DNA of 64,000 nt from an uncultured Blautia sp. GTDB lineage: Bacteria; Bacillota; Clostridia; Lachnospirales; Lachnospiraceae. A model generated the notes under the pieces. It was given only the letters and a program-made list of their open reading frames with translations, searched no databases and was not told the origin of the DNA. Position numbers and translations under genes: made by a program. The DNA is taken from the NCBI GenBank assembly GCA_900540785.1, contig UQHF01000001.1:12464-76463 (forward strand), given 5' to 3'. Below are positions 18,259 through 27,822 of this stretch, piece after piece; position 1 is the first letter of the stretch; each line of letters starts with the position of its first letter.

Positions 18259-18509
18259 TAAATTGCTAATTGTCGTGCACCTCCATACCTGAATAAATGA
18301 TAATCCATGACCTCTGTCACCCTCGTTGTCGTACGAAAAAAAGTGTGGACAGATGTCCACACTTCTATCTATTACACCTGTTGACATATCAACAGCTACT
18401 GTGCAATATAAACCCAAGTCACATTTATGTGCTAAGGTGAGAGTGAACTCTGCTTTGTTTTCTCACGTACTGTTATAAGATACCACAACTAAAGCAGAAT
18501 GTCAACCCC
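18259..18509 (-). promoter_or_regulatory. infC-rpmI-rplT leader with an internal intrinsic terminator (L20-leader type attenuator)
   Basis: About 250 nt untranslated leader. In the sense (minus) orientation it contains the perfect hairpin AGTGTGGACA-tct-TGTCCACACT followed by TTTTTTT (plus-strand coordinates 18338-18368), plus a second inverted repeat CTGTTGA-tatg-TCAACAG nearby. Confidence 0.5.
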
Positions 18510-19871
18510 TTATACTGTAATTATTCCAAGAACCTCCATAACGGAGAATACAAGGATTGCAACAAGGCAAATCGGCGCGATATATTTAATGATCACCGTA
18601 TAGAATTTTTTTACTTTGAATTTTCCGTTGATCTCCGCTTCTTCAATAATTGCCTTCGGCTTGATCACATATCCTACAAAGATACATGTAAGGAAAGCAA
18701 CGATCGGCATCAGAACGCTGTTGCTGATAAAATCAAAGAAATCAAGCAGCGTCATTCCAAGCGGAGCCAGGAAACTTAACGGCCCAAATCCCAGAGACAC
18801 CGGGATTCCCACTGCAAGTACGAATACAAGCACAATCGCACATGCTTTCTTTCTTCCCCATTTCAGTTTGTCACAGAGAATAGAAACAAGTGTCTCTGTA
18901 AGAGAAATGGAGGAGGTAAGCGCTGCAAATAATACAAGCAGGAAGAAAATTGCACCGATGACCGTTCCGAATTTCATGCTGTCAAACACTTTTGGAAGTG
19001 TGACAAACATAAGACTCGGACCTTTTCCGAGAGCTTCTTCGCTTCCTCCGGAAAATGCAAAGACTGCCGGAATGATCATAAGACCTGCCATAAACGCAAT
19101 TCCTGTGTCAAAAATCTCAATCTGTCGCACAGATTTTTCAAGATGCGCCTCTTTCTTCATATAGGAACCATATGTGATCATAATTCCCATTGCCAGCGAC
19201 ATGGAATAGAAAAGCTGTCCCAGAGCTGCCAGTACCGTTGTAGCGCTGAAGCGGCTGAAATCAGGCATCAGGTAATATTTTACCCCTTCCATTGCTCCCG
19301 GCTGAGAAATACTGAATGCTGCAATGATAACGGTCATAACTACAAGCACCGGCATCATGAATCGACTTGCCTTTTCAATTCCGCCTTCCACGCCAAGCAT
19401 AACGATCACAAGTCCCAAAACAACGTAAATTAAAAAGAATACAACCGGAGCCACCGGCTGGCTGATATAATTTCCAAAAAATTCATCGTTAGCTGCACTG
19501 GAAACCTGGTTTGTCACAAATACAGTAAGATATTTTAATACCCATCCTCCGATCACACAGTAGTACGGTGTGATAATAAACGGAACGAGACATGCCAGTC
19601 CTCCAAGAAAGCCAAATCTTTTATCAAGTGCCTTATACGCTCCGACTGCGCTCAAATGGGTTTTTCGTCCAAGTGCGATCTCTGTTATCATCAGTGCAAA
19701 ACCGAAGGTAACTGCCAGAATGAGATACACCAGAAGAAAAATTCCGCCGCCGTATTTTGCAGCAAGATACGGAAATCTCCATAAGTTTCCAAGTCCTACA
19801 GCTGAACCGGCTGCTGCGAGCACAAAGCCCAGCTTATTGGTAAACGCACTTCTTTGTTTCTGTTCTTCCAT
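18510..19871 (-). CDS. Sodium-dependent transporter, neurotransmitter:sodium symporter (SNF/NSS) family
   Basis: 453 aa. N-terminal GFVLAAAGSAVGLGNLWRFPY and 11-12 transmembrane segments. Confidence 0.85.
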   Translation of the reverse strand: MEEQKQRSAFTNKLGFVLAAAGSAVGLGNLWRFPYLAAKYGGGIFLLVYLILAVTFGFALMITEIALGRKTHLSAVGAYKALDKRFGFLGGLACLVPFIITPYYCVIGGWVLKYLTVFVTNQVSSAANDEFFGNYISQPVAPVVFFLIYVVLGLVIVMLGVEGGIEKASRFMMPVLVVMTVIIAAFSISQPGAMEGVKYYLMPDFSRFSATTVLAALGQLFYSMSLAMGIMITYGSYMKKEAHLEKSVRQIEIFDTGIAFMAGLMIIPAVFAFSGGSEEALGKGPSLMFVTLPKVFDSMKFGTVIGAIFFLLVLFAALTSSISLTETLVSILCDKLKWGRKKACAIVLVFVLAVGIPVSLGFGPLSFLAPLGMTLLDFFDFISNSVLMPIVAFLTCIFVGYVIKPKAIIEEAEINGKFKVKKFYTVIIKYIAPICLVAILVFSVMEVLGIITV

Positions 19872-19994
19872 TCTTTTTCCCCCTTGTCAAAAAATTATGT
19901 GTCCTATTATACATTAATTTTTTTATAAGAACAATACATAATCTTGCATTTTGCGGGAATAATATTCACGAATTGAAAAAAGGAGGTCCAGATT

Positions 19995-20318
19995 ATGACT
20001 GTTTTAAAATGTTATGCCACTACCTGCATCTACAACAAAGAGCAGCTTTGCTCTAAAGGAAACATCGATGTTATGGGAGAAAATGCCCATTTATCCGAGG
20101 ATACCTGCTGTGGAAGCTTCCGGGAACGAGACAGTTCTTCTCCGCAGAATAATTATGCTTCCGGCTGCGGATGCGAAACCATTCAGATCGACTGTAAGGC
20201 ATATCACTGCACCTACAATGACGACTGCAAATGTACAGCAGCCGCCATTCAGGTAGGCGGAGAGAACGCAAAAGACTGCCAGGAAACAAAGTGCGGCACA
20301 TTCCAATGTGAACACTAA
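19995..20318 (+). CDS. DUF1540 domain protein (two Cys-rich repeats)
   Basis: 107 aa with a repeated C.ATCIYN...C / C.AYHCTYNDDCKCTA..IQVGGE pattern. Confidence 0.6.
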   Translation: MTVLKCYATTCIYNKEQLCSKGNIDVMGENAHLSEDTCCGSFRERDSSSPQNNYASGCGCETIQIDCKAYHCTYNDDCKCTAAAIQVGGENAKDCQETKCGTFQCEH

Positions 20319-20337
20319 ATCCATTGCTGTATAACGA

Positions 20338-20371
20338 AAAAAAGAGGCCTTCGCATTGAAGGTCTCTTTTA
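20338..20371. terminator. Bidirectional rho-independent terminator AAAGAGGCCTTC-gcatt-GAAGGTCTCTTT
   Basis: 12 bp stem with one G-U pair, flanked by A-runs and T-runs. It lies between the convergent DUF1540 and ftsZ genes. Confidence 0.7.
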
Positions 20372-20386
20372 CTTTTCCATGATTAC

Positions 20387-21553
20387 TTATCTGTTTTTCA
20401 GAAAATCCGGAATCTGAATGTCTTTTTTCTGTACTGTGCTGGATGGAGTCTTTGTACCAAACGGAGTTGCGTTCATTGTAGGAAGACTGAAGCTCGGCAT
20501 ATTTACATTCATTGTCTGCTGAGCTGCCGGAGCAGATGCCTGTCTTTTCGCTGCAAACGGAGAAGTTGTATTTCTCTGCGCAAACGGACTGCTGCTCTGT
20601 ACACTGTCGTTTAATCCTGTTGCAATGACTGTGATTCTCGCATAATCCGCCACAGAGTCATCATACATTGCACCAAAGATGATATTTGCATCTTCGCCTG
20701 TAAGCTCCTGTACGTAGCTTGCTGCGTCATTTGCATCCATAAGAGAAATATCACCGGAAATGTTAATGATAACATGTGTAGCACCCTTAATGGTTGTCTC
20801 AAGAAGCGGAGAAGATACAGCCTGCTGTACAGCCTCCATCGCCTTGTCGTCTCCTCTTGCCTCACCGATACCGATGTGTGCAATTCCCTTATCTGTCATA
20901 ACTGTCTCAACATCTGCAAAGTCCAGGTTGATAAGAGCCGGCAGATTGATAAGGTCTGTAATACCCTGTACTGCCTGCTGGAGAACCTCGTCAGCCTTAC
21001 GAAGAGCCTCCGGCATTGTTGTACGACGGTCTACGATTTCCAGTAATTTGTCGTTTGGAATCACAATTAAAGTGTCTACTGCTTTCTTCAGATTTTCAAT
21101 ACCTGCGAGCGCATTGTTCATTCTTGTTTTTGCTTCAAAACGGAATGGTTTTGTAACAACACCTACTGTCAGGATTCCCATTTCCTTCGCTGCTGCTGCA
21201 ATTACAGGTGCAGCTCCGGTTCCGGTTCCGCCGCCCATACCACAGGTAACGAATACCATGTCTGCGCCTTCCATTAACTGTTTTACTTCTTCAATGCTTT
21301 CTTCAGCTGCCTTCTGTCCTACTTCCGGCTGTGCACCGGCACCAAGACCTTTTGTAATTTTCTCACCAATCTGAAGTACAGTTGGAGCTTTGCACAGAGT
21401 CAAAGCCTGCTTATCAGTATTCACACCTACAAACTCTACTCCGCCGATGGCTTCTTCCACCATTCTGTTTACTGCGTTATTTCCGGCTCCACCTACACCA
21501 ATTACAATAATTTTGGCAGATGATTCAGCCTCATTTGTCATAATCTCTAACAA
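20387..21553 (-). CDS. ftsZ: Cell division protein FtsZ
   Basis: It has the tubulin-like GTPase motif GGGTGTG, NTD, and the C-terminal peptide DIPDFLKNR. Confidence 0.95.
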   Translation of the reverse strand: MLEIMTNEAESSAKIIVIGVGGAGNNAVNRMVEEAIGGVEFVGVNTDKQALTLCKAPTVLQIGEKITKGLGAGAQPEVGQKAAEESIEEVKQLMEGADMVFVTCGMGGGTGTGAAPVIAAAAKEMGILTVGVVTKPFRFEAKTRMNNALAGIENLKKAVDTLIVIPNDKLLEIVDRRTTMPEALRKADEVLQQAVQGITDLINLPALINLDFADVETVMTDKGIAHIGIGEARGDDKAMEAVQQAVSSPLLETTIKGATHVIINISGDISLMDANDAASYVQELTGEDANIIFGAMYDDSVADYARITVIATGLNDSVQSSSPFAQRNTTSPFAAKRQASAPAAQQTMNVNMPSFSLPTMNATPFGTKTPSSTVQKKDIQIPDFLKNR

Positions 21554-21783
21554 CGTACTTCCTCCTTTATTTTTACCTGATAACTGATTCAGCGTATTTG
21601 TACCAAGCTGTATACTTATTTCTACCTGATGTACCTTCGTTAAGTTACATATAGATATATCATATATTTTTTTTGGAAATTAATCAACTACTAATTTTGT
21701 TTTTTTATATTTTTTTCACGTTTTTTCGATGAAGAAGCCACAAAATCCCTTCCTTTCGAGCATACAGGACAAAATCCTGAATC

Positions 21784-22923
21784 TTATTCACTATATTCCG
21801 TGTATCCTTCTTCCGTATACCAGCTCTCTGAATTGTTTTCTTCTGTGTAGTCCCCTTCTGTATAGCCCTCTTCTGTATAGTCGCCCGTTTCTTCCGCTGG
21901 AACATTTTCGTCTTCTGCCGCCTTTTCTGCGGCGAGGCTTTCCTCTGTTGGTGCAGGTCCTACATAATTTCCGTATTCGTCGTACTCTCCGGCTCCCGTA
22001 TAATCGCCCTCTTCGTCATATCCGCCAGTCCACTCGGCAAGCGCCTTCTCAAGCTCTGTCATTGGCTTTGGTCCCACATACGTGCCGTTTTCATCAAACT
22101 CACCTGTTCCTGTATATTCTCCGTTCTCCTCATATCCGCCGGTCCATTCTGCTGCCAGCTCCTCCGGAGTCTTCTCTTTTACCTCTTCCTCGAATGTAAT
22201 CGTCTTTACCGTATCTGTCACGCTTTCCAGATGAAGAATCCCTTTTCTTCCTTCAATTAAAGGCAGAATCGCAATCGCTCTCGTCATTTTATCTTCCAGA
22301 AATTCATCTTTCCCCAGCATTACAGTTATATCTCCATATAAAAGACTGATCTGGTAATTTTTGTCAAATTCAATATGATCCGGTATCGTCTCGTTTTTCT
22401 GGAAAATCGTGGCAAGCGCAACGGCTGTATTCAGGACTGTTTTTCCTTTAATGGGAAGTTCCTCGTCCATGATCACATGCTTTACGGAAATGCCGTCAAA
22501 ATACGGAACTGTCTCGTCTCTCTCCTTTGAGCTTTCTATAAAAATACCGTTTCTGTCAAAATAAATATAACTGTCCAGATAGGGAATACAGCCAACCGGC
22601 TTTTCTTCTTTTACACTGATACAGATGGTATTTCTGTTTACCTGGCTTACCACATATCCTTTCACAAAAGGAATCCCCTCTGTCTCTCTCTTTGTATAGA
22701 GAAGCGGTGCAATAACGGAATTTGATGCCAGCGGTCCGCGAAGCACCATTTCTCTTATCTCATCTTCTGAATAATGGCTGCTCCCCATTACGTCCACTTC
22801 ATCCACCTTAAAATATGCAAAAAAGAAAATCACTCCTGCTGCCAGGAGACTTCCGAAAACTGCGCCTGCATATTTCCATGTTTTTTTACTGATCTTTTTT
22901 TTTCTGTAATTCGATGTCCTCAT
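21784..22923 (-). CDS. divIB: Cell division protein DivIB/FtsQ (POTRA) with a repetitive acidic C-terminal extension
   Basis: An N-terminal transmembrane segment is followed by a POTRA/FtsQ-type domain. The last ~130 aa hold two ~32-aa tandem repeats (AAEWTGGYEENGEYTGTGEFDENGTYVGPKP and LAEWTGGYDEEGDYTGAGEYDEYGNYVGPAP) and then a D/E/Y-rich tail. Confidence 0.75.
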   Translation of the reverse strand: MRTSNYRKKKISKKTWKYAGAVFGSLLAAGVIFFFAYFKVDEVDVMGSSHYSEDEIREMVLRGPLASNSVIAPLLYTKRETEGIPFVKGYVVSQVNRNTICISVKEEKPVGCIPYLDSYIYFDRNGIFIESSKERDETVPYFDGISVKHVIMDEELPIKGKTVLNTAVALATIFQKNETIPDHIEFDKNYQISLLYGDITVMLGKDEFLEDKMTRAIAILPLIEGRKGILHLESVTDTVKTITFEEEVKEKTPEELAAEWTGGYEENGEYTGTGEFDENGTYVGPKPMTELEKALAEWTGGYDEEGDYTGAGEYDEYGNYVGPAPTEESLAAEKAAEDENVPAEETGDYTEEGYTEGDYTEENNSESWYTEEGYTEYSE

Positions 22924-22936
22924 ACCACAAGTTTCC

Positions 22937-24202
22937 TCAATCTTCTGTCAACGCCCCTCCCAGGGCATTTAAATCTTCACAAATATGCTCGTATCCCCGC
23001 TCAATAAAAGAACAGCCCTCTATGCAGGAAGTCCCTTTACATGCAAGAGCTGCCAGAACAAGCGCCGCTCCTCCCCGAAGTTCCTGTGCCTTTACCGTAC
23101 ATCCCGTAAGAGGAAAGCCTCCGTCGATAAAAGCGTCTCTTTCTCTGATCTGTATCTGCGCTCCCATGCGCTTCATTTCTTCTGCCGCTTTGTACCGCGC
23201 TTCAAATATGTTTTCCCTGATACGGCTTTTTCCGGGGACTGTAAGAAGAACTGCCATAAGCGGAGACTGCAGATCTGTTGGAAAACCGGGATAAACGCCT
23301 GTTTCCACATAATCGGCAGGAGCATTTACCCCTCCCGCATCCACAATCAGTTTACCACTGTTCACTTCGTATTGTCCACCTATTTTCCTGTATACCTGAA
23401 GAAAAGCGTTAAGCTCTCCCCCGGGAGGATTCAAAATCTCAATTCTCCCCCGCGTAACAGCAGCGGCGCAAATATACGTTCCGGCTACAATACGGTCCGG
23501 CGGAACCTGCATATCCCCGCCTTTTAAGCAGGGTACGCCGTCTATCATGATCACACCTTTTTCTTCTCCGGAAATCCTGGCTCCCATTGCCCTTAAATAA
23601 CGACAGAGCCAGAGTATTTCCGGCTCTTTTGCACAGTTTTTTATTATCGTTCTTCCTCTTGCCGTCACAGCTGATAAAATCCCCTGCTCCGTTGCTCCCA
23701 CGCTTTTTGCAGAAAAAGAAATTTCCCCTCCCGTAAGCTCCCCGCACTCTGCCTCCACAAAGCTTTCTTCCTCCCGGATTTTCACACCAAGACAGCGAAG
23801 AGCATACAAATGCAGATCTATGGGACGCTTTCCAATGACGCAGCCTCCCGGATAGCCGATTTTTCCCCTTTTGTTTCTTGCAGTGACAGCTCCCAGAAGA
23901 ATGACGGAGGAACGCATTTTGCTGGTATCTTCAGAAGAAATTTCCTGTCCCCGGCACTGGCTGCAGTTAAGATAGAGGTCGTGCCCTTCCCACCATGTTT
24001 TTGCCCCCAGCTTTTTCAGGATTTCTTCCATGCAGAAAACGTCCGCAATTTTGGGACACCCTCTTAACACGCTGACTCCCCTGTGCAAAAGAGATGCCGC
24101 CATCATGGGCAGAGCCGCATTTTTTGACCCCTGGATCCGGACAGATCCCTTAAGCTTCCTTCCCCCTTCAATATAAATACGCTTCAAGCTGTTCACTCCC
24201 AA
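22937..24202 (-). CDS. murA: UDP-N-acetylglucosamine 1-carboxyvinyltransferase
   Basis: 421 aa with GSKNAALPMMAASLL and MurA/EPSP-fold features. It is embedded in the dcw cluster. Confidence 0.85.
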   Translation of the reverse strand: MGVNSLKRIYIEGGRKLKGSVRIQGSKNAALPMMAASLLHRGVSVLRGCPKIADVFCMEEILKKLGAKTWWEGHDLYLNCSQCRGQEISSEDTSKMRSSVILLGAVTARNKRGKIGYPGGCVIGKRPIDLHLYALRCLGVKIREEESFVEAECGELTGGEISFSAKSVGATEQGILSAVTARGRTIIKNCAKEPEILWLCRYLRAMGARISGEEKGVIMIDGVPCLKGGDMQVPPDRIVAGTYICAAAVTRGRIEILNPPGGELNAFLQVYRKIGGQYEVNSGKLIVDAGGVNAPADYVETGVYPGFPTDLQSPLMAVLLTVPGKSRIRENIFEARYKAAEEMKRMGAQIQIRERDAFIDGGFPLTGCTVKAQELRGGAALVLAALACKGTSCIEGCSFIERGYEHICEDLNALGGALTED

Positions 24203-24210
24203 AGGGCATC

Positions 24211-25326
24211 TTACTTTTTATTGTATGCAGATGGTTCTCCTTTGTGACTGGACACGCTGAGCGCAAGCCCCATTTCTCCAAGAAGAAAAACAACGGATGT
24301 TCCCCCGTAGCTTACAAAAGGAAGGGTAATTCCCGTATTGGGAATGGTGTTTGTCACAACTGCGATATTTAAAATCACCTGAACTGCCATATGCGCCATG
24401 ATCCCTGCCGTTAAAAGAGCTCCCAGAAGATCGCGGCTGTGAGTGGAGATCACACAGAGCCTCCACAGAAGAAGCATAAACACAAGAATTAAAAGAGAAG
24501 CTCCAAAAAGTCCCAGTTCCTCACATATCACAGAAAAAATCATATCATTCTGCGCCTCCGGAACAAATCCCAGCTTCTGAATGCTGCTTCCAAGACCTCT
24601 GCCAAAAAGTCCTCCGCTCCCGATCGCATAAAGTCCCTGAATGGTCTGAAAACCTTTTTCATACTTCTCCGGATTCCTCCAGATAGCAAGGCGTTCCAGG
24701 CGGTAGCTTTCCGCAGCAAGAAAAACTGCCACAAACCCAATCCCTGCCGCACCAATTCCCACAAAAGGAAGATACCTGGGATTCGATACAAAAATCAGCA
24801 CCACACCGATTCCCAGAATAATCACTGCAGTGCTCAAATTGTTGCTTCCCACAAGTCCCACTATAGGAAGAAGCGTTGCCATTGTCCTGCACATAAACCA
24901 GAAATTCCCTGTGCTTCTCCTGCTTTTTTCTATCTGCCAGCCAAGAAAGAGAATAACTGCCACCTTTGCAAACTCCGAAGGCTGAAAGGAGAGGGGACCA
25001 AGATTCAGCCACCGTTTGGAACCGTTGATCTCCTGCCCCACAAGGAGCACTGCTGTAGAAAGCACAATAGAGAGAAGATAAGCAGCCGGCGCCATTTTCG
25101 CAAGAACACGGTAATCCATCTGCGATACAAGATACATTGCCATAAGTCCGAGCGCTGTGGCAAACAACTGCTTTTTAAAATAATAGGCAGAGTCGTCAAA
25201 ACGCACTCTGCCATTATATTCGCTGGCGGAAAAAAGCATGACAAGTCCAAATACAACAAGGATTAGTACAAGGACAAGAAGGATCACATCCATATGACCT
25301 TCCTGCCGCTTTTCTTTTTCTGACAT
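24211..25326 (-). CDS. ftsW: FtsW/RodA/SpoVE (SEDS) family peptidoglycan glycosyltransferase
   Basis: 371 aa polytopic membrane protein with SEDS family motifs. Its position between murD and murA is typical for ftsW/spoVE. Confidence 0.85.
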   Translation of the reverse strand: MSEKEKRQEGHMDVILLVLVLILVVFGLVMLFSASEYNGRVRFDDSAYYFKKQLFATALGLMAMYLVSQMDYRVLAKMAPAAYLLSIVLSTAVLLVGQEINGSKRWLNLGPLSFQPSEFAKVAVILFLGWQIEKSRRSTGNFWFMCRTMATLLPIVGLVGSNNLSTAVIILGIGVVLIFVSNPRYLPFVGIGAAGIGFVAVFLAAESYRLERLAIWRNPEKYEKGFQTIQGLYAIGSGGLFGRGLGSSIQKLGFVPEAQNDMIFSVICEELGLFGASLLILVFMLLLWRLCVISTHSRDLLGALLTAGIMAHMAVQVILNIAVVTNTIPNTGITLPFVSYGGTSVVFLLGEMGLALSVSSHKGEPSAYNKK

Positions 25327-25414
25327 GATTTCCTCCGGCTTACACTTTATTTAAGCATATGAATTTCAGCCCCGGAAATATGACTGCCCGCTTTCCGCTT
25401 ATCTCTGTTTACTT

Positions 25415-26770
25415 TTAAAGCTCAGACACGTACTTTTTAAACATATCGCCTCTCTGCTCGTAATTGTCAAACTGTCCCCAGCTTGCACAGGCAGGAGAAA
25501 GAAGAACGGCTTCTCCCTCTTTTGCGTGTTCCGCACAAAAACGTACAGCCTCCTGAAGGGTTTCAAGAAGTACAATGTCTGTAAAACCAAGACGTTCTGC
25601 TGCCGCCTTAATCTTCTCTTTTGTCTGTCCGATCAGAACAAGGCAGCGTACCTTTCCGTCAAATGCCTGTATCCACTCGTCATAGCTTGATTCTTTATCG
25701 TATCCGCCTCCGATCAGATAGGTGGGACGGTTCATTGCCTGAATGCCTTTTATCGCTGCGTCCGGGTTTGTTCCTTTGGAATCGTTATAATATACAACGC
25801 CGTTTTTCTCTGTGACATACTCGATTCTGTGCTCCACTGCCGTAAATTCACAGATACTCCTTCGGATACTTTCCATATCTACGCCTGCGTAATATGCCAT
25901 TGCCACTGCCGCCATTACATTTTCGTAATTGTGCTGTCCGAGAAGCTTTAATTCTCCTGTCTTTACAACCGGGATTTTCGCTGTCTCCGTGGTAAGCACG
26001 ATGGTATCACCATCCAGGTAAATACCCTTTTCCAACGTGCGTACGCTGGAAAAATATACGACTTTCGGAACTGCTGTCTCTCCGAATTTTCTGAGTACCT
26101 CGTCCTCATAATTCAGCACACACACATCTTCACTGCTCTGATTTTTTGTGATCAGCTCTTTTACACGTATGTACTCCTCCATTGTATGATGGCGGTTTAA
26201 ATGGTCCTCTGTGATATTTAAGATTGCGCTGACCTCCGGAGCAAATTCTTCGATCGTCTCAAGCTGAAAGCTGCTGATCTCCGCAACAGTTACGCTGTTT
26301 TCCTGCATCTCCCGCGCCTTTGAGGTATAGGGTGTTCCTATGTTTCCCACTACAAATACAGAAGGACAGGCATCTTTCATAATTTTCCCGAGAAGGGCGG
26401 TTGTAGTTGTTTTTCCATTTGTTCCTGTAATTGCAAGAACACGCCCCTTTCCTGTACGGTAGGCAAGTTCCACCTCTCCCCAGACAGGAAGCCCCATCTC
26501 GTAAAAACGCTTTACAAGAGGAAGGTCTGTGGGAACGCCCGGGCTTAACACAACAAGGTCAAGGCTGTCCAGAACTTCCTCCGGAAGCTCTCCTGCATAA
26601 AATTCCACAGGATAGGTTCCTGTTGTTTTTCCAAGAACCTGTTCCTTATCTGTCTTTTCATTTCCGTCATAAATAACAGGTCTTGCCCCTTCTGCTCCCA
26701 GAAGGTCAGCTGCTCCGATCCCACTTTTTCCGGAACCGAACACAAGAACCTTTTTTTCTTTTAAATCCAT
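25415..26770 (-). CDS. murD: UDP-N-acetylmuramoylalanine--D-glutamate ligase
   Basis: 451 aa with GTNGKTTT and Mur ligase domains. It sits downstream of mraY. Confidence 0.9.
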   Translation of the reverse strand: MDLKEKKVLVFGSGKSGIGAADLLGAEGARPVIYDGNEKTDKEQVLGKTTGTYPVEFYAGELPEEVLDSLDLVVLSPGVPTDLPLVKRFYEMGLPVWGEVELAYRTGKGRVLAITGTNGKTTTTALLGKIMKDACPSVFVVGNIGTPYTSKAREMQENSVTVAEISSFQLETIEEFAPEVSAILNITEDHLNRHHTMEEYIRVKELITKNQSSEDVCVLNYEDEVLRKFGETAVPKVVYFSSVRTLEKGIYLDGDTIVLTTETAKIPVVKTGELKLLGQHNYENVMAAVAMAYYAGVDMESIRRSICEFTAVEHRIEYVTEKNGVVYYNDSKGTNPDAAIKGIQAMNRPTYLIGGGYDKESSYDEWIQAFDGKVRCLVLIGQTKEKIKAAAERLGFTDIVLLETLQEAVRFCAEHAKEGEAVLLSPACASWGQFDNYEQRGDMFKKYVSEL

Positions 26771-26782
26771 ACTGATTCCCCC

Positions 26783-27745
26783 TTAAAGAGCCAGAAACGC
26801 GATCAGGCAGAGAATCGCCGTCACTACAGAAAATACAGCCACAATTCTTGTCTCTGACCATCCGCAAAGCTCAAAATGATGATGAATCGGCGCCATTTTA
26901 AAGAAGCGCTTGCCGTGAGTCGCCTTGAAATATGTAACCTGGATCATAACAGAAAGCACTTCCACTACATAAATCAGACCCACGATCAGAAGGAAAAGCG
27001 GCATCTGCATCATATAGGCTGCACCTGCCACAAATCCGCCAAGAGCAAGAGAACCTGTGTCTCCCATAAATACCTTTGCAGGATATACGTTAAACAGGAG
27101 AAATCCCATAAGTCCGCCTACTACTGCACAGGTGATCGGTTCGATCCCGGATTTCAGCCCGAGAGATACGACTGTAAAAAATACGGCTACGATCAGAGTA
27201 ACACTGGAGGCAAGACCATCAAGACCGTCTGTAAAATTCACGCCGTTTACCGTTCCGATCACAGCAAAAAACAGGATCGGCACTGCAAGCCAGCCTGCAT
27301 TCAGATAATGTCCGCTCCAGAATGGAATCCTCATAGTAAGGGAAATATCTGTATAATTTACAATATAAAATGCAAAGATTCCCGTTACTACTACCTGGAG
27401 GAGAAATTTCTGCCAGGGAAGAAGACCGTCTGAACGCTTTAACACAACCTTCAGATAATCGTCAAGAAATCCGATGATACCAAAACCAAGCGTTAAAAAC
27501 AGAACAGGAATGATCTTTGGATAATCCTTAATGTAAAACAGACACGTCACTACTGTCGCAATTAAAAAGATGACTCCTCCCATTGTGGGAGTACCCGCTT
27601 TTTTCAGATGGGACTGTACGCCCTCCACTCTCTCTGTCTGTCCCATTTTCAGCCTTCTGAGAAAAGGAATCACAACAGGACCCAGCACAACACTGACAGC
27701 AAAGGCAATCAGCACAGGAAGTATAACATCAAACTCCATTCTCAC
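26783..27745 (-). CDS. mraY: Phospho-N-acetylmuramoyl-pentapeptide transferase
   Basis: 320 aa polytopic protein with the MraY signature (NVYPAKVFMGDTGSLALGG...HHHFE). Confidence 0.95.
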   Translation of the reverse strand: MRMEFDVILPVLIAFAVSVVLGPVVIPFLRRLKMGQTERVEGVQSHLKKAGTPTMGGVIFLIATVVTCLFYIKDYPKIIPVLFLTLGFGIIGFLDDYLKVVLKRSDGLLPWQKFLLQVVVTGIFAFYIVNYTDISLTMRIPFWSGHYLNAGWLAVPILFFAVIGTVNGVNFTDGLDGLASSVTLIVAVFFTVVSLGLKSGIEPITCAVVGGLMGFLLFNVYPAKVFMGDTGSLALGGFVAGAAYMMQMPLFLLIVGLIYVVEVLSVMIQVTYFKATHGKRFFKMAPIHHHFELCGWSETRIVAVFSVVTAILCLIAFLAL

Positions 27746-27822
27746 ACCTCATTTAATTCTTTCGTTTTTTATTTTTATTGCTTTTGAAACACTTTCTAGT
27801 ATAAGGCTTTTTTGCTTATTTA

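Noticed and set aside
20760-21374. 204 aa plus-strand ORF inside ftsZ, and similar long antisense ORFs (e.g. 18616-19164 inside the NSS transporter, 36376-36975 inside the response regulator, 54524-55144 inside murE)
   Set aside because: These are shadow ORFs on the strand opposite well-supported conserved genes. They have low-complexity composition and no ribosome-binding site.
21554-21783. Hidden ftsA or a small division gene in the 230 bp divIB-ftsZ spacer
   Set aside because: There is no ORF of meaningful length in any frame, and the region looks like an AT-rich promoter.
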